From Conidiobolus incongruus B7586 (taxonomy: Eukaryota), in contig JNEM01013874.1 in NCBI GenBank assembly GCA_000697335.1, positions 1-64,000 of the forward strand: a DNA stretch of 64,000 nt. Reading direction: 5' to 3'. Below the pieces are notes generated by a model. That model made no database searches. It saw nothing but the letters and a program-made list of their open reading frames with translations, and was not told the DNA's origin. The translations under genes and the position numbers were made by a program. Position 1 is the first letter of the stretch; every line of letters begins with the position of its first letter. Shown piece after piece: positions 40,017 through 53,892 of the stretch.

Positions 40017-42840
40017 TAATATTTTTATTTTAATTTAAATATATTTAATTTTAGAAAATTTTATCAATATTTTTATGGTAGTCATCAACGTATTTTTTTA
40101 ATTATACATGTTAATAACAATTTCATACTTTAACTTTTAATTCAAATATCTATAATTTTATCATTATTATAACATATTTTGTAATATTTAAATTATATCT
40201 CAATATATTTGTCACAAATATCAATTTAATAAGCTATATTAATATTCGATATTCTTAAGTAAATACCATTAACAATCAATATTATTAATTTGTTTAATAT
40301 ATCAAATAATGATGCATTTAAGAAAATAAAATGATTATAAATTTCAATCATATAATTCAATTAGAATAAAATTTAACAATTAGTATTAATATAACTTTTA
40401 TTTTAAACGTGTTTATTTAGTGTAATCTAAAATCATTCTATATTTAATTTGAAAGGAAGATAATTCAAATAATATAAAAATTGTTATGAATGTATTATAT
40501 TAAGTTATTTACATTCATTGGTTATTTTATTGAAAAAACTATATTAAATTCTTCAAAAATTAGGAATTTTTTAAATGAAATAATTATTTTCAACAAAGTA
40601 ATTTACTGTAATTTTGTAAGATTGTGAATATTCAAATATTTAATTATTAATGAAATATAAGGTATATGTTTTAAAAGCAATTAGTTAAATGATTTAATCT
40701 ATATGAGAAAAAGAAAAATCACATATCATATTTTTCATTAACTCGAAATAATGAAATTATCCAAGTTTGACTGATTAAAAGAATTTTTTTATTCTATCAT
40801 TTATTCAGTTCAATCAAGAAATCATATTAATATATAATAATTTTCGATCATGCTCAAAATGGTATATTATACGTTTTTTCTTCAAAAAATATGAATTGGT
40901 CTAATCGAGGTTACTTATGATATTAAAATAATTTAATTTTATATAACTTGTGATATATAATTTACATGATACTATTTTATGTTAGCTCGAAAATTAATTT
41001 AAAAATATTAGCATTAATTTAAAATAGCTGATTTCATTTTGAATAATGAAAATTATATAGAATATTAATGTTTTAATAATATTAAATTCTTTAAAAATTT
41101 TAATCAAAGTTGAATTGGCTAATCAAATATTCAGTATGTATAATTCAACATTACTTAATTTATATATAGCTTTAATTTTCTTAAAATTTATAAAGTATAT
41201 AAAATGTAGTAATTATTTAAGAGTATCTAATTAAGTTAAAATAATTGTTAGATTTTGAATTATGATTTGACTAAATTATATTATTATCTTATTTTGAATT
41301 CTAAATTGATTGGTTATGATAAAACTAAGATATTCAAGATATATAGATATTGATAAACAATATCATTAATGTAATATATGGTATATATTTTATAATATGT
41401 TCATTATTATTTGCCTATATGTAATAATGCATATTATATCGCGAGTTTATGTTATTTTGATCAGATGATTATATTTTCATTAATAAATATACACTAAATC
41501 CCATATAATTATAAATCAAATTCCAGACATCAAATAGAATGCAAATAATCCGGATCCTAGATTTCCAAAGAATTGAAATACTCAAATATTAATGATTTTA
41601 AGAACCATAAAACTAAAAATCAATGTAAAAAATTGTTTTTTATTAATTACAAATCTCAATAGTTTTTATATGTAATACAAAGATCGATATAATGTTCAAG
41701 TTCATCAATTTTCATTCCATAGATATATAGTATCCACCAAATATATGGGCACTAATTTAGACCATGCGCAACCGCAAAAATCTTTAATAATTGCAGGTGA
41801 TTTCAAATTGGCTTAATTTGAAAATAATCTAAACAAATTTAAGATTATTAAAACAAGTTAAATATAGTATTTATTTACTTCATTTCAATAATTGGATAGT
41901 CTATGAATTATTCAATTAACCAATAATCTATTGTATTTAATCAAATAATAAATAAAATAGAAAAGGTTAATAATAGCAGATATTATAAATATGAAAATTT
42001 TACTGAACTAGTCTTATTTTCAAATAAATGCAGTATTAAACAACCAAGTTATTCGGTGGGCTATACCTAACATGGTTCAATAGTTTGTACAAATTACTTA
42101 TCCATGAGTATAATTTTGAATTTGTTTCCACTATTGAACATCAAACGAAAACAAATACTAATAAAGGAGAAACATTCTAATGCTTATCTCTCCAAATTTA
42201 TAACGATGTTCTTGTCTCCAATATTCTCAACTCTAGGATTGGATGTTTGGAGTCAAGGAGAATTTTAAGGGAAGGGAGTTTCTCAGTTAGGCAGAAGTAG
42301 AATAATCGGAATCCTAAATGATGATTGGTCCAAATCAAAACAAAATCACTAGTTTTACACAAAAGGGAGTGCTTGATTGGTTAAAGCCTGAATTTCAATT
42401 GATTGATTAAAGGCGTTAGAGTGCATTTCTTAAATTACCAAAGAATAAAAAATGAAGAGTGAATGGGATTGAGGTTATTGAATCGAGGAAGTGAAATAAG
42501 AAAATTTTTGTTTAACAACTTATTAAGTGACATATAAATCTATCTTTAAAGAACTGTCTGCCTGATCAATCTTGAGTTCAGTAGTTCTTGTTTCATTATT
42601 TGTGCCAATAATATTTGTGACAAATCACCCTGTTTTCTTGTACTCGAACCAAACCATTAATATTTATTCTAATTCTACTTTTCTTTTGGGCTTTTAATAC
42701 CTCATTAAAAACAAATCATTATTCAAATTTGGCATTTTGTTAAATTTTCACTAGTATTTCGGTCTAAAAGCTACTACCACATATATTATTTTTAATCTCA
42801 TTTCCCTTCTGGCCTCTATTTTGATTTCGTTTTTGACAAT

Positions 42841-45010
42841 ATGGCGCGTGATAATTTAAAATGGCCTCCATTGCCCGAGCAGCTTCATGATAAAAAAACT
42901 GATTCGCTATATAACGTTGGAAAATTACTTGGCGAAGGTGGTTTCGCCAAGTGTTACCTTGCTACCACTCCCTCTGGAGTACGCCTAGCTTGTAAAGTAG
43001 TATTAAAAGAGTCTTTGAAATCTGAAAAACATAAAGAAAAATTAAAGAGTGAAATCAAAATTAATGATAAGCTTAGACATAACCATATTGTTCGCTTTCA
43101 CTCCTGCTTCCAGGATCCACATTACGTTTACATTATGTTGGAGCTTTGCGAAAATCAGTCTCTGGTAGACTTATTGAAATCTCGTAAAAGACTTTCTGAG
43201 GAAGAGGCTAGATATTATCTAAGTCAAATGCTTGATGCTATGGAATATTGCCATCGTAGTAAAGTTATTCATCGTGATCTTAAGCTTGGCAATGTATTTT
43301 TAGACTCCAAAATGCATGTTAAAATAGGTGATTTTGGTCTTGCTACTGAACTCGCTTCAGACGACGAACGTAAAAAAACTATTTGTGGTACTCCCAACTA
43401 TATTGCTCCTGAAGTTTTATATAATTCCAATAACGGTCACGATTACAAAGCTGATATTTGGTCACTTGGTGTTATTCTTTATACTCTTGTTATTGGTACT
43501 CCTCCTTTTCAAACTCGTGAAACTAATGAAATTTACAGGTATTATTAATATTCAGATGATTTTATAGTTATCGTATTAACTTCCTCTTCTCAGAAAAATT
43601 CGAACTGCCAATTTCCAGTTTCCCGCTCATATTGAGGTTTCAAATGAGTTTAAAGAATGTGTTCGTTTTATCCTCACGACTGATCCAAGTAATCATTATT
43701 TATGAATATTCATACTACTTAATTCTTATTCAATTCTATAGAGGATAGACCTACTATCAGACAAATTAGACTTCACCAGTTTTTTAGAAAATTTACACCC
43801 AAAGTCATGCCAACATCTGCATTGAAAACACCACCCGATTTCACTTATGAAATGCGTGAATATGAGCTCGCTAATGCTATGGCTAACATGGGTATTATAT
43901 ATTTTTTAATTTTTAAATAATTTTTATTAACCTTCACTTTATCTCTTTCAGATAACAAACTATCCTCAAGATCACCTGAAAAGCAATATAATCAAATTTC
44001 TTCACCTCGTAAGTTAATTCTTTTGAATTTAATGCTATACTGAATACTAACACTTTTCGTTTTTAGAACGCAAACCAATCCCAGCTACAATGATCCCAGA
44101 TTCATCCAAAACCAAGCCAATTGTCACTTCTCCCATTAGCCCAGAGCGCAAGCGCAATGTTTTCAACTACCATATTACCCCCAACAAGAGTAATGGACTT
44201 GGTCCCGTTTCACCTACCAGAACTTCTCCCTCTAAACTTGAACGTATCGCATTCCTTTCTTTACCTGATATGTCCAACTATTCGATCCTACAAATCATTC
44301 ATTTTAATATCAAACAGGCCTTTGATTATATTCGCAAATTTAAGACTCTTGAGGATCTTGATCGCCTCACTACATGCAACTTAGTTGTGCCAGTATTTAT
44401 TAACAAGTGGATTGATCATGGAGAAAAATATGGTTTAGGCTATCAATTGACAGATGAAACTGCTGGTGTATTTTTCAAAGATTCAACCACTTTAGTCCGC
44501 AATCCAGCCGAGCCAAAACTTCAATATTTATACTATAAATCAGGCTCCACTCGCTCTTCCATTACCAAGGAATCTTATGCTCCCAATGAAATTCCTGAGG
44601 CCCTCTCCAAGAAAAAGAAACTCTTTGAGCACTATCGTGATTATATGCGTGATCACTTAAGCTCATCCGTTCCTACGGTCCCTTTTTCTGGTCCTGAATC
44701 TCTCGTCTTTTTGACTAAATTTGTCAGAACTCACCATGCAGTAATGTTCCGTCTTAGCTCCAAGACAGTTCAGGTCAATTTCTTTGACCACTATAAACTT
44801 GTCATTTCCGAAGAAGGACGAGTTGTAACTTTGGTGGACACTACTGGTAAGACTCGTACTCTTAAGATGGCTGAAATCATTTCTGCCCATTATAGAGTTC
44901 CAGGCCCTAAACCAACACCTGAAACCGAAGATGTATACTCTCGTCTCAAATATGTTCAGGATATGCTTGATCATATCTTAAAGAAGAAGCAGATGGAAGG
45001 TACTAACTAA
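42841..45010 (+). CDS. Polo-like kinase (Cdc5/Plo1), copy 1. Exons 42841-43538, 43594-43688, 43742-43891, 43952-44008, 44067-45010
   Basis: Kinase GEGGFAKC, HRDLKLGN and RKKTICGTPNYIAPE. Polo boxes KWIDHGEKYGLGYQL and QVNFFDHYKL. Four GT-AG introns. Confidence 0.95.
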
Positions 45011-47542
45011 GGCTTCTAATTTTACATTCCTTCATAATCTTCCCCTATAATAATTTTAAGATGTACATTCTTGTTACCCCGTTGTAATTCAACTTCAATA
45101 TCATACTGTATTTTCAATTATTAAATACTAACGATCCGCCCTCGATTATAATAATCATTACTGGACTATTTAATTATGGATTCTTGACGAAATCCATTAA
45201 TAGGTCGATGTATACATTTATATCACCTGACCAAGTCCTTTAAATCCATTCTCCTCCTCCCTAATCAATATAATTCTGTGAGATTAAAAGTTAGCTTAAG
45301 AATTTTTAATCTATTAAATAATTTTGACATTTTCCATCATTTATAAGGTTTAAATAAATTTAAAATTTTATTAACATCAAATAGCAATCATACTATATTC
45401 GTCGATTTATGATTTAATTTCTGACTACTGATGTATCGACACCTTTTTTGAAATATTATTTTATCTTAAACTGATAAAACTAGATGATGTTAGAAAATTC
45501 AATTTTGTAAAAATAGCCACATTCTTTTGATTTATAGAGTCGAAAACCAAATGATGAAATAACGTAATATAAGATATAATACTACATATTTTTCAGAGAT
45601 ATTTTATTAATATATATTATTCAATTTGATATTCAACAAAATATTTTAAGTTGATTAAGTTATAAGTTTTTTAAATTAATTTTCATATCAAATAATAATA
45701 AATTATGGAATTTATATTATATAAAACATAATATATAATTAAAAAGAATTTTTTTTAAAGTTTAATATATTTTATATTAAATAAAAATTTAATATTACTA
45801 AATTAATTAAAATTATATTTTCATTAAATTTTGATGATTTTAAATTTGTAAATTTATGACTTATATTATGTATTATTTTTTAAATAGTGAGTATCTAAAT
45901 CAACTAATTATTTTAATATATTAATTAATACTAAGTAAAAATCTATAAATATAAGATTATAAAATAATAAAAATATCTATTCTATAAATTGACTATTTTT
46001 AATTTTTAATAATTTTATTTTCTAGTGATTGAGTATAATAGGTTTAATACGCTCTAATGCACTCTATATCTAGCAAGTTGAAAGGGAAGAGCTTTGTAAC
46101 TGTTATATATGCGTAATAATAAAGGTTACAAATATGATACGAATTATTGATATCTTGATTGAAAATATTTCAATTAAATAGACAAATGATCTTATAAAAA
46201 ACAACTCAAAGGATTTCATCATAAATTTTGATTTTGTTCAAATATTAAAAAATGATTTAGTAATATATATATATATATATAATTCTTTATTAAGGAAGTT
46301 TAATCTTTTGATTTGTTTGAAATATTATTAAATTATAATATGATTTATTTAAATTAATATAATTTCAGTACTTATTCCAATAATTTTATTTCATTATATA
46401 GTTAACTTATTTGTATTTTGATTAAAATCAAATTTAATTATATTAAATAATTTATAACAGTTGTTTTTAAACTTAGAGTAATTACATAATCTTCTTTAAT
46501 ATTTTATTATTAAAATAAAATTAAAAATATATTAAATAATAATAATAATGTTATATTATAAAGGTTTATAAATTATTTAATTAATTCTTTATTTTAAACA
46601 ATGGTTATTAAATAATATAAAATTTTAATTAACAAAGAATATTAAAGATAAATTAATTAAAATTATTTTTTTTATTGATTATGATTCTATTAAATTTAAT
46701 TCAAATATTAATTTTTATTAATTATTATAAATTCAAAAATATTTGAAGAATTCCTTGATCATGTATTGATGTGATGCCAATTATGCTTGAAATAGAAATA
46801 TAAATAATATAACTACACATAAAAGTTGATAAGTTAGTGATAATGAATCTAACCCAAATTTATTACAATAAAATCATTTTAATTAACCTTACGTAGTAAC
46901 GATAGTAACAAAATACACGTTAGCTATTGAATATTTCTGCTAGTTAATAATCGAAATATGTTATTAATCAAAATTAATTTCTATAGGGATCTTATTATAT
47001 TGTAAACAAAAAATATCAATTGATTGCAACGAAAGTTGATACAAAATATAAGATTAACACTTGCCAATCCATTCAAATTTAAATTAAATTTGTCAATTGG
47101 TCATAAAATTGTGAATAGAGCTTAATTGAAATTAATTTGCAAACTAGTGACATTGAATTTCGAGAAAACCGTGACCAATTTAAATAGTATTATATTTAAT
47201 AATAAACCGCGAACTAATTAAAATATGATGTGTCGCTTTATAAAATTGAAAACTCGATATGAAGTGATGATCAGTGCAAGCGCTTAGTATTAATCAATAA
47301 TCATATCCTAATATAAAATAAATAAACTGTAACTTATTCATATTTAGTTAAAATTGTTTTTATTAGTAGTTGGTCCTTGTTTATAAAATACAATAAAGAA
47401 TTTTATATTCGAGGACTGGTTAAAATTCAATAGCTGATTACACAATGTAATAATATTATGGAATAACACCATGCTAATATAAATGTACAAAAGGTTAGAT
47501 ATGCTGCAGTATAGTAAAGGATAAAGAAACGTGTAAAAACCA

Positions 47543-49640
47543 CTAATTGGTAGCTGCCATCTGCTTCTTCTTGATGATATGGTCAAGCATATCCTGGACA
47601 TATTTGATACGGTAGTAAATGTCCTCAGTATCAGTAGTTGCTTTGAGACCAGGAACCTTATAATGAGCGGAAATGATGTCAACCATCTTGTAGGGATCAG
47701 TCTTACCTGTAGGGTGAACGAGGGTTACAACACGTCCTTCTTCGGAAACGACAAGCTTATAGTGATCATAGAAGTTGATCTGAATTGTCTTGGAGCTAAG
47801 ACGGAACATTGCTGCATGATGGGTTCTTACGAATTTAGTCAAATAGACGAGAGAGTCAGGACCAGCAAAAGGGACAGTAGGAACAGAAGAACTAAGATGA
47901 TCGCGCATATAATCGCGGTAATTTTCAAAAAGTTTTGTCTTTTTGGAGAGAGCCTCAGGAATTTCGTTAGCCGCATAAGATTCCTTAGTGACTGAATAGC
48001 GAGTGGAGCCTGATTCATAGTACAGGTAATGGAACTTGGGCTCAGCTGGGTTACGGACCATTGTAGTGGTATCCTTGAAAAATACACCAGCAGTTTCATC
48101 TGTCAATTGATAGCCCAAACCATATTTTGTTCCATGGTCAATCCATTTCGTAATAAATACAGGAACTTTGACGTCACAATTAGAGAGGCGATCAAGGTCT
48201 TCAAGTGTTTTAAATTTGCGAATATATTCTAAGGCCTGATTAATGTTAAAATGGGTAGTTTCCAAGAACGAGAAATTGGACATGTCAGGTAAGGCAAGGA
48301 ATGCGATGCGTTCAGATTTAGAAGCAGTGTTTTCGGTAGTAGAAGAGGGATCATGGCTACGTTTCTTACTAGGGGTCATTTGATAGTTAAAAAGCTTGCG
48401 CTTAAGCTCTAAACATTAACATAAATAAAAATATTCTATATAAAACTAAATTTGAAATGTGACTTACGAGGTGGTGTAGGTTGGGCAGTTTGAATTTGTT
48501 GTTCGGCAGATTTGGAAGATGAATCAGTATCTAAAAAAGATAACACGAAAGGTTAATGAAATAATATTAATGGTAGAAAATTATTTAGTACCCTTTTTGG
48601 ACATAGCAAGAACGAGCTCATGTTCGCGGATTTCATAAGTGAAATCAGGTCTAGTGTGTAAGGCAGAAACTGGCATGACTTTGGGTATGTATTTTTTAAA
48701 GAATGGGTGCTTTCTAATTTGTTCGATAGTAGGTCTATCCTCTAAAAAAATCAATGAGAATTAAATAGTAAAAATATCGAATAGAAATTACTTGGATCAG
48801 TTGTAAGAATGAAACGGACACAATCTTTAAACTCATTTGTAACTTCAACGTGGGCAGGGAACTGGAAGTTGGCAGCTCGGATTTTTCTGAGTGGAAGAGA
48901 GTGAGTATAAAAAAAATAAAATCATGAAAATATAAATTCTACCTGTAAATTTCATTAGTGTCGCGAGTTTGGAAAGGGGGAGTACCAATAACGAGAGTAT
49001 AAAGAATAACACCAAGTGACCAAATATCAGCTTTGTAATCATGTCCATTCTTGGAATCATATAAAACTTCAGGAGCAATATAGTTGGGAGTACCACAAAT
49101 AGTTTTTTTACGTTCGTCGTCTGAAGCGAGTTCAGCAGCAAGACCAAAATCACCTATTTTAACATGCATTTTGGAGTCTAAAAATACATTGCCAAGCTTA
49201 AGATCGCGATGAATAACTTGACTACGGTGGCAGTATTCCATAGCATCAAGCATTTGGCTCATATAATATCTAGCCTCTTCCTCAGAAAGTCTTTTACGAG
49301 ATTTCAGCAAGTCTACCAGAGACTGATTTTCGCAAAGCTCTAACAAAATGTAAACATAGCTTGGATCTTGGAAACAGGAGTGTAGACGAACAATATGGTG
49401 ATGTGCGAGTTTGTCATTGATTTTAATTTCACTCTTCAATTTCTCTCGATGTTTTTCAGATTTTAAAGATTCCTTTAAGACTACTTTGCAAGCTAAACGA
49501 GTACCAGAAGGATGGGTAACGAGATAACATTTGGCAAACCCACCCTCACCAAGTAATTTCCCAACGGTGTACCACGTGTCCTTCTTTTTATCATGAAGTT
49601 GTTCGGGCAAAGGAGGCCATTTTAAATTATCACGAGCCAT
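47543..49640 (-). CDS. Polo-like kinase (Cdc5/Plo1), copy 2, tail-to-tail with copy 1, four introns at equivalent positions
   Basis: ORFs 48939-49640 (kinase) and 47543-48379 (polo boxes KWIDHGTKYGLGYQL, QINFYDHYKL) are joined by small exons at about 48.47-48.89 kb. Confidence 0.95.
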
Positions 49641-52097
49641 TTTATCAAAAGCAAACCAATATAAAGTTCAAAAGAAAAATACAATTAAAATTTAATATAA
49701 AAATAAGAACAAATCTCGCACAAGATTATTTATACCAGATTTAATAAGCAATACCCAATTTCCAATATTGATTTCAATATTATAAGGTATTAAACTACCG
49801 AAGAAAGATAAAAAAAAATACCAATAATACTAGTATATTCTTCCAAATATAATGATATAAGAGGATATGACACGGAAAATGTCAACACAAACCAAGATAG
49901 AAAACGTACTGAACTAATAAAAATCAAAAGTACAGTATAATTTCATAGGAAAATGAAATAGGTACTCCAATATCTTTTATACTAAAAATTTTTTAAGTTT
50001 TCATTGGTTCTTACACTTTCTAAAATAGTTTTTACAATCTTAATTTACTCAATTCTGCCCATTCTTCAATCATCACCAAGATTTTTCATAATTTAACCAA
50101 TCAAACACCTTAACTTTAGATTGAGATTTTATTAATGATAAGGTATTGACCAATCATCACCAAATATTTCTATTTGATTGTTTCTAATCCGACGTCATTC
50201 TCCCTTCCGTTATCTTTCTAACATTTAACTTATTAATCTAAAGCATAACAGTATAATAACTAACAAACTGAAGAAAAATTAATAAAGCTCAGAAATATTT
50301 ACATTTCATCCAATATATAATTCTCCCTTATTTGACCAATTTCATTAATTTAAAGCTCCTTAGTGGAAATTTAATCCAGATTTTTTTTACACAATATTGA
50401 TTGATCCTTACAATTGTTGAATCATATTAAGCTTTACCCAATCTCAATTGGATTTAGATTTTATATTGAGTTTAGTTTATTCAAAATATAATTTAGAGAT
50501 ATATTTATATTGGTTAATTTATAAATATTATACTGAATATATTATTTAATTGAACAAAATATTAAGGAAATTTAATTTAATTTCTATTAAACCTTTTAAA
50601 ATCTATCTTGATTTTAAAAGATCAGAATATATATTGTGAATAAACAAAATAATAAAGTATTATTTTATATAAATAATATTAAATTTAGTTAAAATATTAA
50701 TTAAAATTAGTTCGTTATTGTTATTATAATTCAACATATTTAGTTTGATCACTTTCATTATTCACTCATTCAAATTTGTTATAATAGCACATGAATTAAA
50801 TTATTAAAATGATAATTATATTGTATTCAAATTATAATTTTTATTAAATTGAATAATTCAAAAGTAATACAATTGAAATATTTTATTTAAAATATAAAAT
50901 ATATATTATTTAAATAGAATGTTTTTAAAAATTTGTGTTAAACAGAATGTACAGCGAATATTATCATGCTTATTTGCATTTTAATGATATTTTAATAATA
51001 TAAACTCATATATATATCAATAAGTTTAAATCACCTGGTTATCAACTAATTAAATAATGTAATATTGGCACTTTAACAAAGTTAACAAATTAACAATATA
51101 AATACCGAAAATTCTTTAAAAAAAATAAACAAAATATTCAGTTAAATAAATTTTTTTTGATATTTAAATTAATTATTAAATTTATTGGAATAATCTAAAA
51201 AAATTATAAATTTTATTTGAAAATAAAAATAAACTGTTTTTATTTATATTCAATTTCTATTAAAATCAACTCATACACGTGGATAATAAACAATTCAATA
51301 TAATTTGTAAAATGTAATATATATAACATTTAGATATATTAATTTTTTTATATAAATCAAATTTTTATATAAAATTATATTAATTATTATAAATTTTATT
51401 TTAATAATTTTAATTTATTAATAAATTTTAAATTTTCCTAATAAAATTCTCAATCAATAAAAAAATTTTTTTCTTTTGAATGACCTAATAATAATATCAT
51501 AAAACGATATAATTTTATTAAATATATTTAATTGGTCCTATTTATCCAATATATTATTTGGAATATGATATATTTTAAACGAGTTGGTAATTTTAGTGAC
51601 AAGTTTTATGGATTATATAATTGAAATGTGTAAAATAGGATTGAAATATGAAGTATTATGATTTTTTCCACTTAACAGCATAGTATATTATTTGGTAAAA
51701 ATATTGATATATAAAATCTGATAATTTTTTTAATGTTAAATAAATCTATAGTTTGATTTTAAAAAATATTATTACAAAATTATTGTCTTAATAATTATGA
51801 GACAAAATATCAACATTTTAAAATATTCAATCAGTTACAATGCTAATAAAAATGATTGATATTTATTATTAACATTAGGGATTAATTTGGTTTTAATATT
51901 ACAAATATTCCCATTAGCTTTTTTGTATATTTCAAGGTATATTACTTTGTTAACTTGTTGCAACCGCGATATATTTAGAGTGTATAGTTTAAATAACCTA
52001 TATAATGGAGTGATATAAACTTATAATATGAACTAGAATTATCAATATTTATTAATAATAGTTGATGTTAAGCAAAGGAATATTCATAGAAATAAAA

Positions 52098-53012
52098 TTA
52101 ACCTCGCTTTGGTTTGAAGCTATCGCGGTTTTCTTTGATGTAATGTTTGACACTCTTAGGTTTCTCCCCAGTAATCTTTTCATAGTCGTCGGTAGTTTCC
52201 TCAAACTCATTGTTCTTGGCAATTTCAAAGATATCCAAGATCATTTGAATATGGGTTTTGTCCAAATTCTGATCTCCTAATAAATCTTTCATCTTATCAC
52301 GAGAGATATCATCGTACTCTACTTTTTCATCAATGGCTTCACTAATGCATTCGGCAATTTGGTTACCATCATGAGGCTTGTCACCAGTGAGTTGAACGGT
52401 GTAGTGATGGGTATTAACCTCTTTATGGCCACCGTATTTAACCAAAGCACAAGCTACAAAATATGATACTTCACACATAGAAATGGGTGCAACTTTACCA
52501 TCACCAAGACTCAATTGGAGTTTACCCTCATCCCTAACAGATCTGGAAACAAAGACCAAATTATCAATCAAAAACCCCATCTGGACAATGGCACCCCTGA
52601 ACTTCAACTTCTCGTAAATCTTCTCTAAATTCACAAACTGTCTCAAAGGACTATTTTCATCTGCCTTGTCAGCACGCCATTGCGAAATTAACTTAACACA
52701 GTCGATATCAGCCTCATTCACCTCCTTCAACATCTGCCCAGCCATTGGAAATCCCTTCTCGCGACAGTGAGGAATAACTACTGCTGCATTAGCCTTCTTC
52801 AAACACTCCTTCACATTACTGAAATCGTCTTCCTTGTATTCCACCACTTCTGCACCCAATTCTTCTAACTCATCTCTGGCAGAAGAGTTTAAAATCCCTG
52901 CGCCGACGCATTCCACATGCTCCTTCAACTTTTCGCACTTGAGAAGACTTTTAACGATACCAAAGCCAATGGGTTCATCGGCAGCAAATACGAATACCTT
53001 TAATTTAGACAT
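52098..53012 (-). CDS. NmrA-like / atypical SDR NAD(P)-binding-fold protein, copy A
   Basis: Rossmann-like start MSKLKVFVFAADEPIGFG, plus GDGKVAPIS, LTGDKPHDGNQIA and TDDYEKITGEKP. The ATG at 53012 was chosen by alignment with the paralog. Confidence 0.85.
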   Translation of the reverse strand: MSKLKVFVFAADEPIGFGIVKSLLKCEKLKEHVECVGAGILNSSARDELEELGAEVVEYKEDDFSNVKECLKKANAAVVIPHCREKGFPMAGQMLKEVNEADIDCVKLISQWRADKADENSPLRQFVNLEKIYEKLKFRGAIVQMGFLIDNLVFVSRSVRDEGKLQLSLGDGKVAPISMCEVSYFVACALVKYGGHKEVNTHHYTVQLTGDKPHDGNQIAECISEAIDEKVEYDDISRDKMKDLLGDQNLDKTHIQMILDIFEIAKNNEFEETTDDYEKITGEKPKSVKHYIKENRDSFKPKRG

Positions 53013-53559
53013 TGCCAATAATATCAGTACGATTACACGATTTATTCTTGTATTCACTCATAGTCCATTGGATTTATATATTTCTAAAAGTGTCAATAAT
53101 ATAACTAACTTAAGATTTGTTTTGATAAAAAAATCAATGATTTAAAGCTTATTGAATACGATGATAAATAGTTATTTTCTAAAGTTTAAAATGTATGAAT
53201 CAATTTTGATTTTTAATAATTATAAAGTAATTGATTGGATATAGTTTAATAAGTATTAATCATATTTTAATGATATAATCATTTTTAACTTTAAATATAT
53301 ACTGATTAAAATATTTAATTGATTATTTTAAATAATAATATTATAGTGATTTTATTTATCCAAATAATTAGTACAATTCGTTTAATTTATTAAAATTAAA
53401 TATAGTTGATATTGATAAATATCTCATTATCAAATATTTTTAATTACAATCTATTGGTAAAAACTGGTTTGAAAATATTAACTCCTATCAATCAATTCCA
53501 ATTTCATACTCTTCAGTCACCTCTCCCTTGCTCTTTAAATAGCTATATTGATTGTACTG

Positions 53560-53892
53560 ATAGACACTCTGATATTATCAATGAAAACTCCCTATCAGTC
53601 TATTGCAAATATGTTTCAAAGTAATTTTAATATTCTCCCCTACATACCTATTAATTACTAAAATATTTACACTTTTGATTTGTTATGGTGGTTGCTTTCT
53701 CTCGACCTGGGAGCAATTCGACCCTCATCCCTATACGCGGTCACAATGCGAATGACGGTATTTGAGCAGCAATCAAATATATCTGAGATTAATTCGAGCA
53801 TTTCAACTTGGAGATAGTTTTTTTAAGATGATACTTCGTATTTCTATGGATTCAGATTTGGGAGATTTTTTGTGTTGATTAGTACATGACAT
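53560..53892 (-). mobile_element. Tc1/IS630-like transposase N-terminal fragment (pseudogene)
   Basis: Minus strand reads MSCTNQHKK...IEIRSIILK, then (frameshift) NYLQVEMLELISDIFDCCSNTVIRIVTAYRDEGRIAPRSRESNHHNK, then ENIKITLKHICNRL. This fits the paired-like HTH and second HTH of Tc1/IS630 transposases. Frameshifts and stops are present. Confidence 0.65.

Noticed and set aside
45176..45197. Hairpin ATGGATT-N8-AATCCAT downstream of Polo copy 1
   Set aside because: A 7-bp stem is expected by chance, and I did not see it downstream of copy 2.
45600..46750. Extremely AT-rich blocks (also 1-600, 50400-51550, 56980-57370) as further mutated transposons
   Set aside because: Plausible, but no TIRs or protein motifs could be recognised by eye.
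11584..49640. A functional cluster of cell-cycle and chromosome genes
   Set aside because: The genes are interspersed with unrelated housekeeping genes, and three of the assignments are only inferred.
53685..53830. GC-rich island with a hairpin, a TTCGA word and a T-run, suggesting a Pol III ncRNA or tRNA
   Set aside because: No cloverleaf or snRNA motif. The opposite strand translates as a Tc1-like HTH, which explains the GC content.
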